From Thaumarchaeota archaeon UBA141 (lineage in GTDB: Archaea; Thermoproteota; Nitrososphaeria; Nitrososphaerales; UBA141): a stretch of DNA of 64,000 nt. A program made the position numbers and the translations under genes. The stretch lies in the NCBI GenBank assembly GCA_002495315.1, contig DAEN01000040.1, positions 51,553-115,552 on the forward strand, given 5' to 3'. Each line of letters starts with the position of its first letter. Position 1 is the stretch's first letter. The notes beneath the pieces were generated by a model, which saw nothing but the letters and a program-made list of their open reading frames with translations, was not told the origin of the DNA and did not search any database. Positions 53,960 through 63,869 of this stretch are shown here, one piece after another.

Positions 53960-54849
53960 ACTGTAAGGACCGTCGTTCTTTCCTCCTCAAGTGTAATGGT
54001 GTGTTCGAACTGTGCTACAATTCTTCCATTAGCTTCGATTAGACTCGGGTACGAGCGGAGAGCTTTGAGAGTTACTAATTTGGTAAGAGCCTGTTTTAAC
54101 TCCGTCTTCTCCATTTTACCCTCAAGGTAACGTGTTGCAAAGGGCAGGGTTCGATAGGACGACCAAATGTGTTCCAGTAGCTCGTCCAGACTCTTGTCAC
54201 GCGTCTTTTTCCTGCCCACTAGGCTGTATATTTCGCGCGTGGGCCCATCAATCACTTGGCCAGCACCATGTTCAGTGGTTAGGAAAGGCTCTATTGCATA
54301 AACTCCTCCAGCTTTAAGTGAAGGAGTTCCACCCATCCATGTATTGGGGATTGATATCCCAGCGTGGACGCGATAGGATTCTATTGAGTGGCCGCTTAGA
54401 TTCGTAATTGGTCTATATCCATATCTCGCAGCGGTATTAGAGATGACTTCTCCTAGATTCCCAGTTCGAACATCAACCCGGGCGAGCTTGATTGCCTCGT
54501 TCAAGGCTTCCTCTGTTGCACGGACTAATCCATCATAATCCGGGTTGAATGTGACAGTGGCAGCAGTGTCTACTAGATATCCCGAGATATGAGCGCCTAG
54601 GTCAATCTTCACGACATTTCCATTCTTTATGGTTAGTGAATCATCAATCTCAGCAGTATAATGCGCAGCTACTTCATCTATACTTACATTGCAGGGAAAA
54701 GCAGGCTCAGCTCCCCTACTTCTGATTTCGTCTTCCACCGTATTGCATAGATCCAATACTTTCATCCCCGGCCTTGCGGCCTGACAGATCCGTCGTCTAA
54801 CATCTGAAGCAATCTGTCCAGCTTTGTAATATTCTTCTGCGATCGACAA
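53956..54849 (-). CDS. map: Methionine aminopeptidase, type 2 (archaeal)
   Basis: 297 aa. The pita-bread fold metal ligands fall in KIDLGAHISGYLVD, LSGHSI and YAIEPF, and FEHTI is near the C-terminus. The start is TTG. Confidence 0.85.
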   Translation of the reverse strand: MSIAEEYYKAGQIASDVRRRICQAARPGMKVLDLCNTVEDEIRSRGAEPAFPCNVSIDEVAAHYTAEIDDSLTIKNGNVVKIDLGAHISGYLVDTAATVTFNPDYDGLVRATEEALNEAIKLARVDVRTGNLGEVISNTAARYGYRPITNLSGHSIESYRVHAGISIPNTWMGGTPSLKAGGVYAIEPFLTTEHGAGQVIDGPTREIYSLVGRKKTRDKSLDELLEHIWSSYRTLPFATRYLEGKMEKTELKQALTKLVTLKALRSYPSLIEANGRIVAQFEHTITLEEERTTVLTV

Positions 54850-54922
54850 ATCTGCTCCTCGTCTATCTCGAATGGGGATGCTATTTTAACCCTTGAACGT
54901 TCTGTGTCTTCGTTCGATACTG

Positions 54923-55402
54923 ATGGCTCTGACTAGGCGCTATCGAGTTGTAGCAACTGGGGGCACCTTTGACTTGTTACATAAAGGACATAAGGCTCTT
55001 CTAAAACGAAGCTTCGATGTTGGAGATCACGTGATAATCGGAATCACATCCGATGTTTTGGCACGTAGAATGGGAAAGAACCATGCAAGGAAGTACTTTG
55101 ACAGGGAAACAGAACTTCGTACTTATTTGACGCGAGAATTTCAAGGTAGAAGCTATGAAGTAACAGAACTCCAGGACTTCTTTGGTCCAACAGTAACTCG
55201 CAGTGATGTAGAAGCTATTGTAGTAAGTGAAGAGACGTTAGAAAGGGTTGAAGAAGCGAGGCAACACAGGCAAGAACAGGGCAATCCTGATCTTTGTGCT
55301 GTCCTTGTGAAATATGTATTAGCGGAGGACGGCAAGCCTATCTCAACAAGAAGGATAACGTCAGGAGAGATCGATAAAGAAGGGAAGTTGAGGACGACCT
55401 AA
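54923..55402 (+). CDS. Phosphopantetheine adenylyltransferase (archaeal type, cytidylyltransferase fold)
   Basis: VVATGGTFDLLHKGHKALL is the (T/H)xGH nucleotidyltransferase motif. ATG 54923 is preferred over the track's TTG 54893. Confidence 0.75.
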   Translation: MALTRRYRVVATGGTFDLLHKGHKALLKRSFDVGDHVIIGITSDVLARRMGKNHARKYFDRETELRTYLTREFQGRSYEVTELQDFFGPTVTRSDVEAIVVSEETLERVEEARQHRQEQGNPDLCAVLVKYVLAEDGKPISTRRITSGEIDKEGKLRTT

Positions 55403-55466
55403 CAAAGTAATCTTACTGATTACTTCTACCTGAACTTCCAATGACTGGAGAAAGTTGTCTTCTTCA

Positions 55467-56297
55467 CTACACTTTAACCTCCATCAAGTCTTCGCCCATT
55501 ATAACCTCTCCATGAAATAGCTCTTGAACCTGCCTCTTCATTTCCGCCAATTTATCTCGATTATCAGCTACGTTATATGAAAAGTGCCTTAGTACTAATT
55601 TCTTAACTTCGGCTTCTTCTGCTAAAGCGCCCAACTGACGGGGACCCGTATGCCATTTGGAAAAGCCTCTTTCTTGAATTTCCTCTTCGAACATGGTGCA
55701 TTCATGAACTAGGACGTCTACTCCTTTAGCAAGTCTACTGACGCTTTGAGACGGCATGTTGTCACCAGCTATCACTATCTTTCTTCCTTCAGCTTCGATA
55801 CCATATGCTAGTGATTCTATGTGGGGCTTGATGTGGTCAGTGAAAACTGATTCAACTCTCCATGACCCAGAATCTGTGAGGAGACCTTCAGTTTGGACCT
55901 CATGGATCTCTGCATCAAGGCCTTCTTTAGTTCTATTAGGAAGGGTGAGTCTAGATGCGATGTCATTTTGGTATAGATCTTCTGCAATTATTCTATGGAA
56001 TTCCCTTGTCCCCTTTGGACCATAGACGTGGAGCTTCTCGCGTACCCCTTTCTGCATTTTCATGGTCCAAGTTACAAATAGAAAATAGGGATATTCGGAG
56101 TTGTGGTCAAAATGATGGTGGGTGAAAAAGAGATGCCGTATTCTGATCGGATCTATCCCAGCCTGGAGTAAACGGGTGGTGACTTGCCTGCCGCAATCAA
56201 ACAGAAGGGGCTCATCTCTAACAATTAGTACCTGACCAGGACCTGAACGGTTGAGAGATGGTCTAACCCCCGCCGTTCCAAGTAATATTAGTTTCAA
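55467..56297 (-). CDS. MBL-fold hydrolase, RNase Z/ElaC-like
   Basis: 276 aa with KLILLGTAG, LLFDCG and FFTHHHFDH (HxHxDH). The start is TTG. Confidence 0.65.
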   Translation of the reverse strand: MKLILLGTAGVRPSLNRSGPGQVLIVRDEPLLFDCGRQVTTRLLQAGIDPIRIRHLFFTHHHFDHNSEYPYFLFVTWTMKMQKGVREKLHVYGPKGTREFHRIIAEDLYQNDIASRLTLPNRTKEGLDAEIHEVQTEGLLTDSGSWRVESVFTDHIKPHIESLAYGIEAEGRKIVIAGDNMPSQSVSRLAKGVDVLVHECTMFEEEIQERGFSKWHTGPRQLGALAEEAEVKKLVLRHFSYNVADNRDKLAEMKRQVQELFHGEVIMGEDLMEVKV

Positions 56298-56464
56298 AGG
56301 ACGTTCTCAAATCATTCAACGAGTGTTAAGGACTAGATGAATTTACCGGTCCCTAAATGCATGGGTGGCCTCTCTGGCAACAGTCTAGATCTGCTTGTCT
56401 ACGTCGTTGCGTAGATAGGGGTACATGTACTGGACATTAACTTAAAGCTAGTTTCTTGAGGATG

Positions 56465-57670
56465 TCAAGGACGTCTTTTCAGACCGAGGGCAAGGAATGC
56501 TGTCGCGAAAAGAACACTGGCTACGGATAAGATTCCTAGAGTCCAGAACACAGGGGAGAAACCCCCTAGAAAGAAGACTAATGCAAGGGTAGCTGGAGCA
56601 GAGGACTTGCCTATCTGTTGAAACATCCTATCGACTGAAACTACTCCGCCACGGAGTTGCATTGGAGCACTTTGCGTGAGCAGGTTTTTTTGAATAGGCG
56701 AGATGATCCCATTCGCTAAACCATATGCTAGCAAGGTGATAGCCCACAGCAGGAAAGAATCGAGGCTTGGCCAGATCAATAGGCAGATAGCATCTACAAG
56801 GAAGGCTCCAACAAGAAGGCGTCCCCTATCGACCCATTGGACCAGCCTGCCAACTTGGCTTGCGCTAAGGATCGCGCCCACGCCGAAGAAGGAGAGAAGC
56901 AAACCGCTTTCAAATGGAGAAACTCCATGAGACGCTGACAAATAGAGGGGAAAAAATGTGAAGAATCCATAATCAAGAAAAAATCGGAAGAATCCTGCTG
57001 AGAAGGCCGACAGCAACCGTGGTTGAGACATTGCTTTCACAATTCCTCCGAAATAGAGTCTTCGCTGTGGACGCTCAGCTCTGCAGGTTTCTGGCATCCA
57101 TGGTATTGCTAGGATTGCGAGCGGAACGAATAGAAGGTAGATGAAAAATGGGAACCGCCAAGATATCAGAGCAAGAAGACCACCGAGTACTGGCAGACTT
57201 ATGATAGCAACCCGGTCTATGATAACCTTCAGTCCTTGTCCACTGATCTCTCGTCGGTCTTCGAGCAAATCTCCAATTAGGACTATTGTTAAGGGACTAA
57301 GAGCGCTCCAAGCGACACCTTGAAGCAAGCGAAATGTCAAGACCCATTCGAAGCTTGGCGCTAACCCTACTGCAGCTCCAGCTCCCCCAAAAATAAAGAG
57401 ACTGGATATCAATAGCCTTCGCCTGCCATAGAAATCTGACAAAAATCCAAAGAGAGGCGCCAGAATGATAGCAGGCGCGGTGAAGACGATGATTACCAGA
57501 GCAACTTCGGCCTCTTCAACCTGAAGCTGGTCGACCATTGCAGGTAAGACTGGATAGAGAAGGCTAACGCCCATGACCATGGCTACGCTGCTGCCATAAG
57601 CGACGGCTAAGGAGAGCCTAGTGGATCTTGGCAACCCATCTAAGCCTAAGAAGCGCAGCAAGAGTCCCAA
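56465..57670 (-). CDS. MFS transporter
   Basis: 401 aa with about 12 hydrophobic segments and GFLSDFYGRRRLL (the MFS loop 2-3 motif). Confidence 0.75.
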   Translation of the reverse strand: MGLLLRFLGLDGLPRSTRLSLAVAYGSSVAMVMGVSLLYPVLPAMVDQLQVEEAEVALVIIVFTAPAIILAPLFGFLSDFYGRRRLLISSLFIFGGAGAAVGLAPSFEWVLTFRLLQGVAWSALSPLTIVLIGDLLEDRREISGQGLKVIIDRVAIISLPVLGGLLALISWRFPFFIYLLFVPLAILAIPWMPETCRAERPQRRLYFGGIVKAMSQPRLLSAFSAGFFRFFLDYGFFTFFPLYLSASHGVSPFESGLLLSFFGVGAILSASQVGRLVQWVDRGRLLVGAFLVDAICLLIWPSLDSFLLWAITLLAYGLANGIISPIQKNLLTQSAPMQLRGGVVSVDRMFQQIGKSSAPATLALVFFLGGFSPVFWTLGILSVASVLFATAFLALGLKRRP

Positions 57671-57782
57671 AAGGCTTCACCCGGAGGTTCTCTACTTGTG
57701 ATCTTGATAACTTATTTCTTGCTGAGTGCAGAAGGGGTACAGCAAATTATGATGGATTGTTGCTATATCTTAGTGAAGAGAG

Positions 57783-57883
57783 CGCCGGGGGTGGGATTTG
57801 AACCCACGGGACCCCGAAAGGTCACAAGCTATCGAGATAACGCTTTTCCAGGCTTGCGCCCCACCAGACTAGGCGACCCCGGC
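57783..57883 (-). tRNA. tRNA-Ser(GGA), class II, with a 15-nt canonical intron
   Basis: The reverse complement folds as acceptor GCCGGGG/CCCCGGC and anticodon arm CAAGC-CUGGAA[AAGCGUUAUCUCGAU]A-GCUUG, with a long variable arm and T arm GUGGG-UUCAAAU-CCCAC. Confidence 0.85.
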
Positions 57884-58081
57884 CAGCTGACGTTAGGTTC
57901 TTACCGTTGACTTATACTTTACCTACAATTGTTGTGTGTGACCAGTTCAACGTTCTTTCGATATATCTTTACATACATTGACGAAGGCGGTGTCTAATCT
58001 AGACTAGGTACACAAGTATCTACTATGAATGGTCTGATAGCTCTAAATCGTATTTGCTGTATTTGATCGTTGAATGTGAGT

Positions 58082-58396
58082 GGCGGTAGCTCAGCCGGAG
58101 TTCCCATAGGGCTGGGCCCAATCTCCACCCGTGCGAGGTCCTCCACGTAGACGCGACAGCACAGCCACCTCATCTTAGGGCTGCTCCCTCCCGGACCTGG
58201 CCCGGTTCGACGATTGAGAGTCAAACCCTTCCCTTCGGAAGGATTGCTCCTTGCGACCGCCCATCGCGGCGTGGGTTCATACCAGCTTGGATGGCAGGAA
58301 TTCCAGCTCCCGTGGTTTACCCGCCTGTTACTGACCCCTGCGTGTAGCCGGTTTCAGGTAAGGGAGACGGCTACCCTCCCAGTCCTACCTACCGCC
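58082..58396 (-). ncRNA. ffs: Signal recognition particle RNA (archaeal 7S RNA)
   Basis: ~315-nt GC-rich block closed by GGCGGUAG/CUACCGCC. The minus strand contains CCAGGUCCGGGAGGGAGCAGCC (helix-8 SRP54-binding motif with a GGGA tetraloop) and a CCUGAAACCGG Alu-domain-like segment. An AAATATA box lies about 25 nt upstream. Confidence 0.85.
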
Positions 58397-58570
58397 AAAG
58401 CTTGTTACAGTTTTTCCCGTATATTTAGTTGATTAGGTAAATCCGCAAAAAAATGACCTGGATGTTGGTAACTGGTCTAGCGAAAGATGGGAATGTCATG
58501 AATATACTGAAGGGCTTCGTATCAGGCAAGTTTGGAGGAAATACAGAAAGAAGTCCTGTGGATGAAGTCC

Positions 58571-59497
58571 TTACTTTTTCATTTGAAGTAGCTCAATGTT
58601 ATGACATATTTGACAGAGGTTATTCGACGAGATTTCTCCACATTTGAGACATTGAGACGCAGAGTCATCCTTTTGAATGTCTAAGGATTGCGCTATTCCG
58701 ATAACAGCACGAAGGGTTGTATATTTGATTCCTGAGTGTTCCTTCTCTAATGCATTTAGCATTTGACGAATCTCAGACCTGATGCCTTCGTTCATATAGG
58801 GACAGCTGATGTTCTGAAAGCGGTTTCCACTCACGTAAGAATGAAAAGCAATTTCACGCTCATAGATCTCCATTAGTGGTTTGATTCTGCGGATCGCGTC
58901 GGGATTCTTGGGCCTAAGAATGGGGTCGAGCTGGCGAATTCGTTCAAAGTCTCCACTAAGAGTGTTGATGAAGTGGGTTTGAATAATATCATCTAAATTG
59001 TGACCTGTTGCTATGACAGTAGCACCAATCTTCCGCGCGGCTAGATCAATTGCCCGTCTCCTAAATGGTCCACAAGTACTACAGGCTGTTATTTTCATAT
59101 CCCCGCGCCGTCGTAATGCTTCATCCAATCCCATACCAAATATCTCCTCGTAGGAAAATAGATGCATTCTCAGACCCAAATCTGTCGAAATTTCTTTCGC
59201 AAGTTGAATTCCTTCATCACGGTACCCCGCGATCCCTTCATCTATCGTGATGACCTCAAGAGATGAGTCATGGCCTGAACAGATTTGCTTAAGGATACGG
59301 ACTAACGCTAAGCTGTCTTTTCCCCCAGAGACAGCTACAGCTATCCTATCGTTGTGTTCAAGCATATCGTATTTCGCGATTGTTCTCTTAACTTTCTCTT
59401 CAATTGAGGCAATAAAACACAGCGCACAAAGATGCTGGCCTGAATACGGTCTAGAATAGACGGAGGGTTTTCCGCACTTATTGCATTCTTTGTGCAT
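58571..59497 (-). CDS. tRNA 2-thiolation PP-loop ATPase (TtuA/NcsA/Ctu1 family)
   Basis: 308 aa with an N-terminal CNKCGK...CALC zinc finger, the SGGKDS PP-loop and a C-terminal CLKCGE...CQIC zinc finger. Confidence 0.8.
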   Translation of the reverse strand: MHKECNKCGKPSVYSRPYSGQHLCALCFIASIEEKVKRTIAKYDMLEHNDRIAVAVSGGKDSLALVRILKQICSGHDSSLEVITIDEGIAGYRDEGIQLAKEISTDLGLRMHLFSYEEIFGMGLDEALRRRGDMKITACSTCGPFRRRAIDLAARKIGATVIATGHNLDDIIQTHFINTLSGDFERIRQLDPILRPKNPDAIRRIKPLMEIYEREIAFHSYVSGNRFQNISCPYMNEGIRSEIRQMLNALEKEHSGIKYTTLRAVIGIAQSLDIQKDDSASQCLKCGEISSNNLCQICHNIELLQMKK

Positions 59498-59635
59498 TTC
59501 GTAACCATGACCTTTAGAGCTATAAAGACGATGGTGTAAATCAACTCATTCCGATATTTCCTGCGGGGTAATACGTAACCCTCATACTTTTTAGCTAGAC
59601 ATAGAATATTTATTCGAAGTAGGTCTGACGAAGAA

Positions 59636-60841
59636 ATGAGCGAAGCCGAGGAACAATCGAAGGCTATTGAAGTAAAGTTCCCCTTAATCTTCCTCCGGAC
59701 CAAGAGAGGCATTCAGTTGATGGAGCGCTTGGGTCGGATGAAGTTGACCCGTGTGCTCGCATGGATTCTACTCGTCGTAGTTCCCATCTCTGCTGCACTT
59801 TTCATGTTTCTAATCCTAAACGTTGTAATCAGGTTCTTATCCGATCCCTTTGCTCGCGCGCTGATACGAGATCTTGGACCACAGGCAAATTTTCTGATCC
59901 CCGGTCTGAATCCCTACGTACCGGTCCTATATGGTTGGGTAGCAATAGTAACCGGCCTGATAGTTCATGAGGGTGGACATGGGATTCTCGCTAGGTCTCT
60001 CAATCTGCCAGTAAAGTCTAGCGGCCTAATGCTATTGTTGGGTCTCCCTATAGGTGCATTTGTTGAGATCGACGATAAGGAGTTAGCCAAGGCCCGCTTG
60101 CGCGATTCAGGACGTGTTTTAGCTGCCGGACCTGGGAACAATATTGTGGCAGGTTCAATATCTCTTGTCGCATTACTATTGCTCGTGAGCTCAATGACTC
60201 CCATGGTGGTTGGTGTTGGAGTTTTAGGGGTCTTGGAGGGCTATCCACCAGCAGAGGTTGGGATTCTACCTGGAGATGTCATTCAGGAGCTCAATGGAAG
60301 AACAATACCGGATATTCAGACACTAACTCTTGTTCGTCGGCAGTTTGCTCCAGGGGATGAGGTTACCGTAAAAATAATGAGAGATTCAGATTTTCTATCT
60401 TATACGTTGAAGCTAGCTTCTGACCCTAACGATAAAAGCGTGGGTTTCCTCGGAATCATAGCCCAGGATTTCAAGAACACGGCCAATAACTATCTTGCCT
60501 CGCCTGCCCTATTCTTCGCCCCGCCAACGTTTCCTGGTCTTGGAAATAGTGTGCCTTTCTCCCCCGTATTGGAGCGCTTTTTCACATCTCCCATGGGCGT
60601 TCTGACCCATCCTCTGGCAAATCTTCTCTATTGGATATGGTTTGTCAATATTAATTTGGCACTATTCAATGCCTTGCCCATATACCCACTCGATGGTGGG
60701 CAAATGCTCCGGTTCTCCCTTCGAAGAGTTAGTGGAGGGCGACTAAGCGAACGTCTTCAGATGCGTCTTACCATAGCGACTACTCTTACTGTAATTGCTA
60801 TAATTGCTATTTATCTCATAATTCCATACATTATGTTTTAG
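59636..60841 (+). CDS. Site-2 protease (M50 family) with an inserted PDZ domain
   Basis: 401 aa, polytopic, with HEGGHGILA (HExxH), a PDZ-like GILPGDVIQELNG and NALPIYPLDGG (the NxxPxxxLDG motif). Confidence 0.8.
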   Translation: MSEAEEQSKAIEVKFPLIFLRTKRGIQLMERLGRMKLTRVLAWILLVVVPISAALFMFLILNVVIRFLSDPFARALIRDLGPQANFLIPGLNPYVPVLYGWVAIVTGLIVHEGGHGILARSLNLPVKSSGLMLLLGLPIGAFVEIDDKELAKARLRDSGRVLAAGPGNNIVAGSISLVALLLLVSSMTPMVVGVGVLGVLEGYPPAEVGILPGDVIQELNGRTIPDIQTLTLVRRQFAPGDEVTVKIMRDSDFLSYTLKLASDPNDKSVGFLGIIAQDFKNTANNYLASPALFFAPPTFPGLGNSVPFSPVLERFFTSPMGVLTHPLANLLYWIWFVNINLALFNALPIYPLDGGQMLRFSLRRVSGGRLSERLQMRLTIATTLTVIAIIAIYLIIPYIMF

Positions 60842-60968
60842 CGTACTACACTTAGGAACTAGGAGCTTAATGATTAAGCTCCATCCGTCTATTCACAGTT
60901 GCATGTTCTTCTAACTAGATAGATGGGTCATCCCTAAATATCGCCACGAACTGATGAGTCTTTGTTTC

Positions 60969-61421
60969 ATGGCCAAGATAGCTGTAGCGACCGACGAAAC
61001 GACACCACTAACTGACTACGTTATTGCAGAGCTCAAGAGACGCGGATTCGAGGTGCAGCTATTTAGTCCACTTCCAGAAAAGGACCTGGAATGGGTCGAT
61101 GCTAGCCGCGAGATGGCAGAAGCAATTGCTGGAGGAAACTGTGACCAAGGAGTCTTGTTCTGTTGGACAGGCACTGGTTCTTCTATTGCTGCGAATAAGG
61201 TTCCAGGTATTCGAGCGGCCTTATGCGTGGATGCAGAGGAAGCCATAGGAGCTCGTAAATATAATCACGCTAACGTCCTTGTTATGAGTATCCGTCTGAC
61301 CTCAATACCCATGGCCGAAGAGATACTTTCGGCCTGGTTCCGGGAATCCTATGGAGACGAGGACTTCGATATTAGAAACGTCCAAAAGCTCAAAGAACTC
61401 GAGCAAAAGTATCTTCGTTAG
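60969..61421 (+). CDS. rpiB: Ribose-5-phosphate isomerase B (RpiB/LacAB family)
   Basis: MAKIAVATDE..., GVLFCWTGTGSSIAANK and NVLVMS fit the family. The track ORF starts at ATG 60954. Confidence 0.8.
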   Translation: MAKIAVATDETTPLTDYVIAELKRRGFEVQLFSPLPEKDLEWVDASREMAEAIAGGNCDQGVLFCWTGTGSSIAANKVPGIRAALCVDAEEAIGARKYNHANVLVMSIRLTSIPMAEEILSAWFRESYGDEDFDIRNVQKLKELEQKYLR

Positions 61422-61492
61422 ATACACACATGGAATGACTGATAATTCAGTCTAGTTGATATAACAAAGAAGGATGGGCAGTCAGGAACGGC

Positions 61493-62554
61493 TTATCGAC
61501 CATATCGGAGAAGAGCCACAGCCCCACCAAGAGCCGTTGCTTGTTTCCCTGCATCTGTAGTGTGATCTACCAAGAACGACTCTCCTCCGAATTTCTCTAC
61601 CAAGTTTAGAAATTTAACGAGCAAATCCTCGTTTACGAGTCCTTCAAAGATCTTGTCTGATATTATCACTGCTTCTACAGATCCGTCTTGTGCTGCTTTC
61701 AAGCAATCTTTTAGACCGATTGATACGCTGGGGTTTTTTGTGCTGAGTCGCTTCACGGCCTCCTCTAAGAGATTAAGGACTTTTGCAAGCTTGCTACCTT
61801 CTAGCGTGTCTCTAAGATTCTTGGAACGAAGGGCTGAGTAGACTCCGTCTTCCCCTGAGAGATCAACTCCCTCAAGGAGTCGGATCACCATATTGCTTCC
61901 CATTTCGGTGGTGAGGTAATTGGAGAATTGATTTTTCACTAGTCCTGGTCCAGCTATGAAGAGCATTCCAGCTTCTCCCATGCCAATATTCTGGACTAGA
62001 TGTTCAACCCGTTTGAAGTAACCTGCACCAATTCCTTTTGGCTCATTATATTGCTTGCCAGACTGCCCTGATTGTACACTGGGATACAATTGAAGATGAG
62101 TGCCATCAACCCTCCCAACGCCGGCCTCGCGGGAATCTATTGTCACTACCACAAAGCTCGTGTTCTTTTCATCTGGCTGGGACAAGAGACGTTTCTCGAC
62201 CTCAGACCACCTTTGTTTTCGGAGTGTTAGGCGATGATTTGGTGTCACTATGACCGAATGGAAAGAACCCTTGGCTAGAAACTCTGTAGAGACGTCACGG
62301 ATCTTGCCCGATATGCGTAATCTGTCAAGCTGGCTATCTAGGCCAGCTCTTTCTACCTCTAAAACAATTCTGACTTTGATTCTTTCTCCTTTGTCTGGTC
62401 TCTGGAATTCTCCCTTCTGTTTAGCCACACGACGAGTGTCAGTTTCAATGTAATCGCCTCCAGCTATGATCCTTCGGAGAATCCAGAGATCATCAGCACT
62501 TGTTGGGGTAACTTCTACAATTCCTGCACGAAAGAGTATCTGATGTAAGATCAT
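61493..62554 (-). CDS. pelA: Pelota (Dom34) mRNA surveillance / ribosome rescue factor
   Basis: 353 aa. The N-terminal Sm-like domain (VEVTPTSADDLWILRRII) is followed by central and eRF1-like C-terminal domains. Confidence 0.85.
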   Translation of the reverse strand: MILHQILFRAGIVEVTPTSADDLWILRRIIAGGDYIETDTRRVAKQKGEFQRPDKGERIKVRIVLEVERAGLDSQLDRLRISGKIRDVSTEFLAKGSFHSVIVTPNHRLTLRKQRWSEVEKRLLSQPDEKNTSFVVVTIDSREAGVGRVDGTHLQLYPSVQSGQSGKQYNEPKGIGAGYFKRVEHLVQNIGMGEAGMLFIAGPGLVKNQFSNYLTTEMGSNMVIRLLEGVDLSGEDGVYSALRSKNLRDTLEGSKLAKVLNLLEEAVKRLSTKNPSVSIGLKDCLKAAQDGSVEAVIISDKIFEGLVNEDLLVKFLNLVEKFGGESFLVDHTTDAGKQATALGGAVALLRYGR

Positions 62555-62563
62555 CAGCGAAGC

Positions 62564-63724
62564 TTATTCGAGGCCGAGATCTCGAAATGTTTTCAAAGTA
62601 AGCTTTGCGGGCTTTTCTTTGACTTGAGCTAGACGAAGTCCAACAATAACCTCGACTCCAGCCTTTGCTGCTGAGTCGACAAGGCGCTGCGTAACTATTC
62701 CGTCGAAGACAATGTATTTGACATCAGTAGCAGATTCTAGCTGGGTTAATATTCCACTTACAGGAAGTTTGGATATTTGGTCAAGGTCCTTGTTGAGCAT
62801 CAAACCTTCCAAGGTCCCGCTGAGTTCGGTATAGATGCCAAGAACTTTTTGGTGAACAGCATCAGGGAGAGGTGTAGGAGGCGGTGCTGGCTTTTCTGCC
62901 ACTTGTTTCTTTGGAGCTTCTTGAGACTTGGGAGCATTCTTTAAGATATCAAGGACCTCTATTGGTGTAAGATCTTCTACTTCTTTACCTGTAGGAGCCC
63001 TCAAAAACTTGTGGATCCTCGCAACCTGTGTGAGCTCTTTTTGAATTAAATCTCCACCTCTGTCTCCATCTAGGAGTGCGATCATCTCTTTCTCTTTGGA
63101 GAGCTTGATGACGGAATTGGGTACGCTTGTTCCCTCCAGAGCTACTACGTTCTCTAGTCCAGCGCGGAGAAGGACGTTCACGTCAGCTCGCCCCTCAACT
63201 AAGAAAACAGTTCCTGAAGAGAAGACTCCTGAACCAGCGGGTAACGAATCTTTTCCATAGCTTATAATTTTGGGCCGGTGAGTTGCATCAGACACGTCCT
63301 TTAGAAGCTCTTCACCTTGACTCGACGATCTAGATGCCCATTCCTTCATGATGCCTTTTGCTCTATCTACGATGGCCTTGCGTTTTGTACTGCGTATATC
63401 TTCGACACCTACAAGTTGAAAATGAGCACCACAAGGACCGACTTTCTCGACGCTTTCAACAGCAGCTGCTATGACGGCAGCAGTTGAAATGTCAGTTGAC
63501 ATGGGGATGATGACTTCCCCACTGGTTTTGTCGTTCTTTGAAGTTAGGTTGATTTCTATACGTCCTATCTTCCAGGTCTTTTGGAGCTCGTTAAGGTTCA
63601 TCTCAGGACCAAAAAGGCCCTCAGTTTGACCGAATATTGCTCCTATAAGATCTGCTTTCTCAACCACACCTTCTATCTCGAACTTTAACTTCACATGATA
63701 CTTGACAACGCCAGAATCCGGCAT
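62564..63724 (-). CDS. dnaG: Archaeal DnaG (TOPRIM; primase / exosome-associated)
   Basis: 386 aa. KYHVKLKFEIEGVVEKADLIGAIFGQTEGL is the archaeal DnaG N-terminus, and the TOPRIM region is VFLVEGRADV...LLDGDRGGD. Confidence 0.85.
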   Translation of the reverse strand: MPDSGVVKYHVKLKFEIEGVVEKADLIGAIFGQTEGLFGPEMNLNELQKTWKIGRIEINLTSKNDKTSGEVIIPMSTDISTAAVIAAAVESVEKVGPCGAHFQLVGVEDIRSTKRKAIVDRAKGIMKEWASRSSSQGEELLKDVSDATHRPKIISYGKDSLPAGSGVFSSGTVFLVEGRADVNVLLRAGLENVVALEGTSVPNSVIKLSKEKEMIALLDGDRGGDLIQKELTQVARIHKFLRAPTGKEVEDLTPIEVLDILKNAPKSQEAPKKQVAEKPAPPPTPLPDAVHQKVLGIYTELSGTLEGLMLNKDLDQISKLPVSGILTQLESATDVKYIVFDGIVTQRLVDSAAKAGVEVIVGLRLAQVKEKPAKLTLKTFRDLGLE

Positions 63725-63869
63725 ATGTTAAGCCTCCAATAACTACTTCAGTTGACAAACTCAAGCAATATATTACGTTGTTATCTGCAATATAAGGTCT
63801 TCGATCTAGAAATTAGGAAAAATCCAGGCTAGATTCTCTGATATTGAATAAAACTCATCCCTTGTGATA

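Noticed and set aside
57994-58432. Two track ORFs (57994..58224 minus and 58214..58432 plus), and the possibility that the GC-rich block is RNase P RNA
   Set aside because: The block folds with closing helix GGCGGUAG/CUACCGCC. On the minus strand it carries the SRP helix-8 motif CAGGUCCGGGAGGGAGCAGCC. No GAGGAAAGUCC-type RNase P CR-I motif occurs on either strand. The ORFs are artefacts of the structured RNA.
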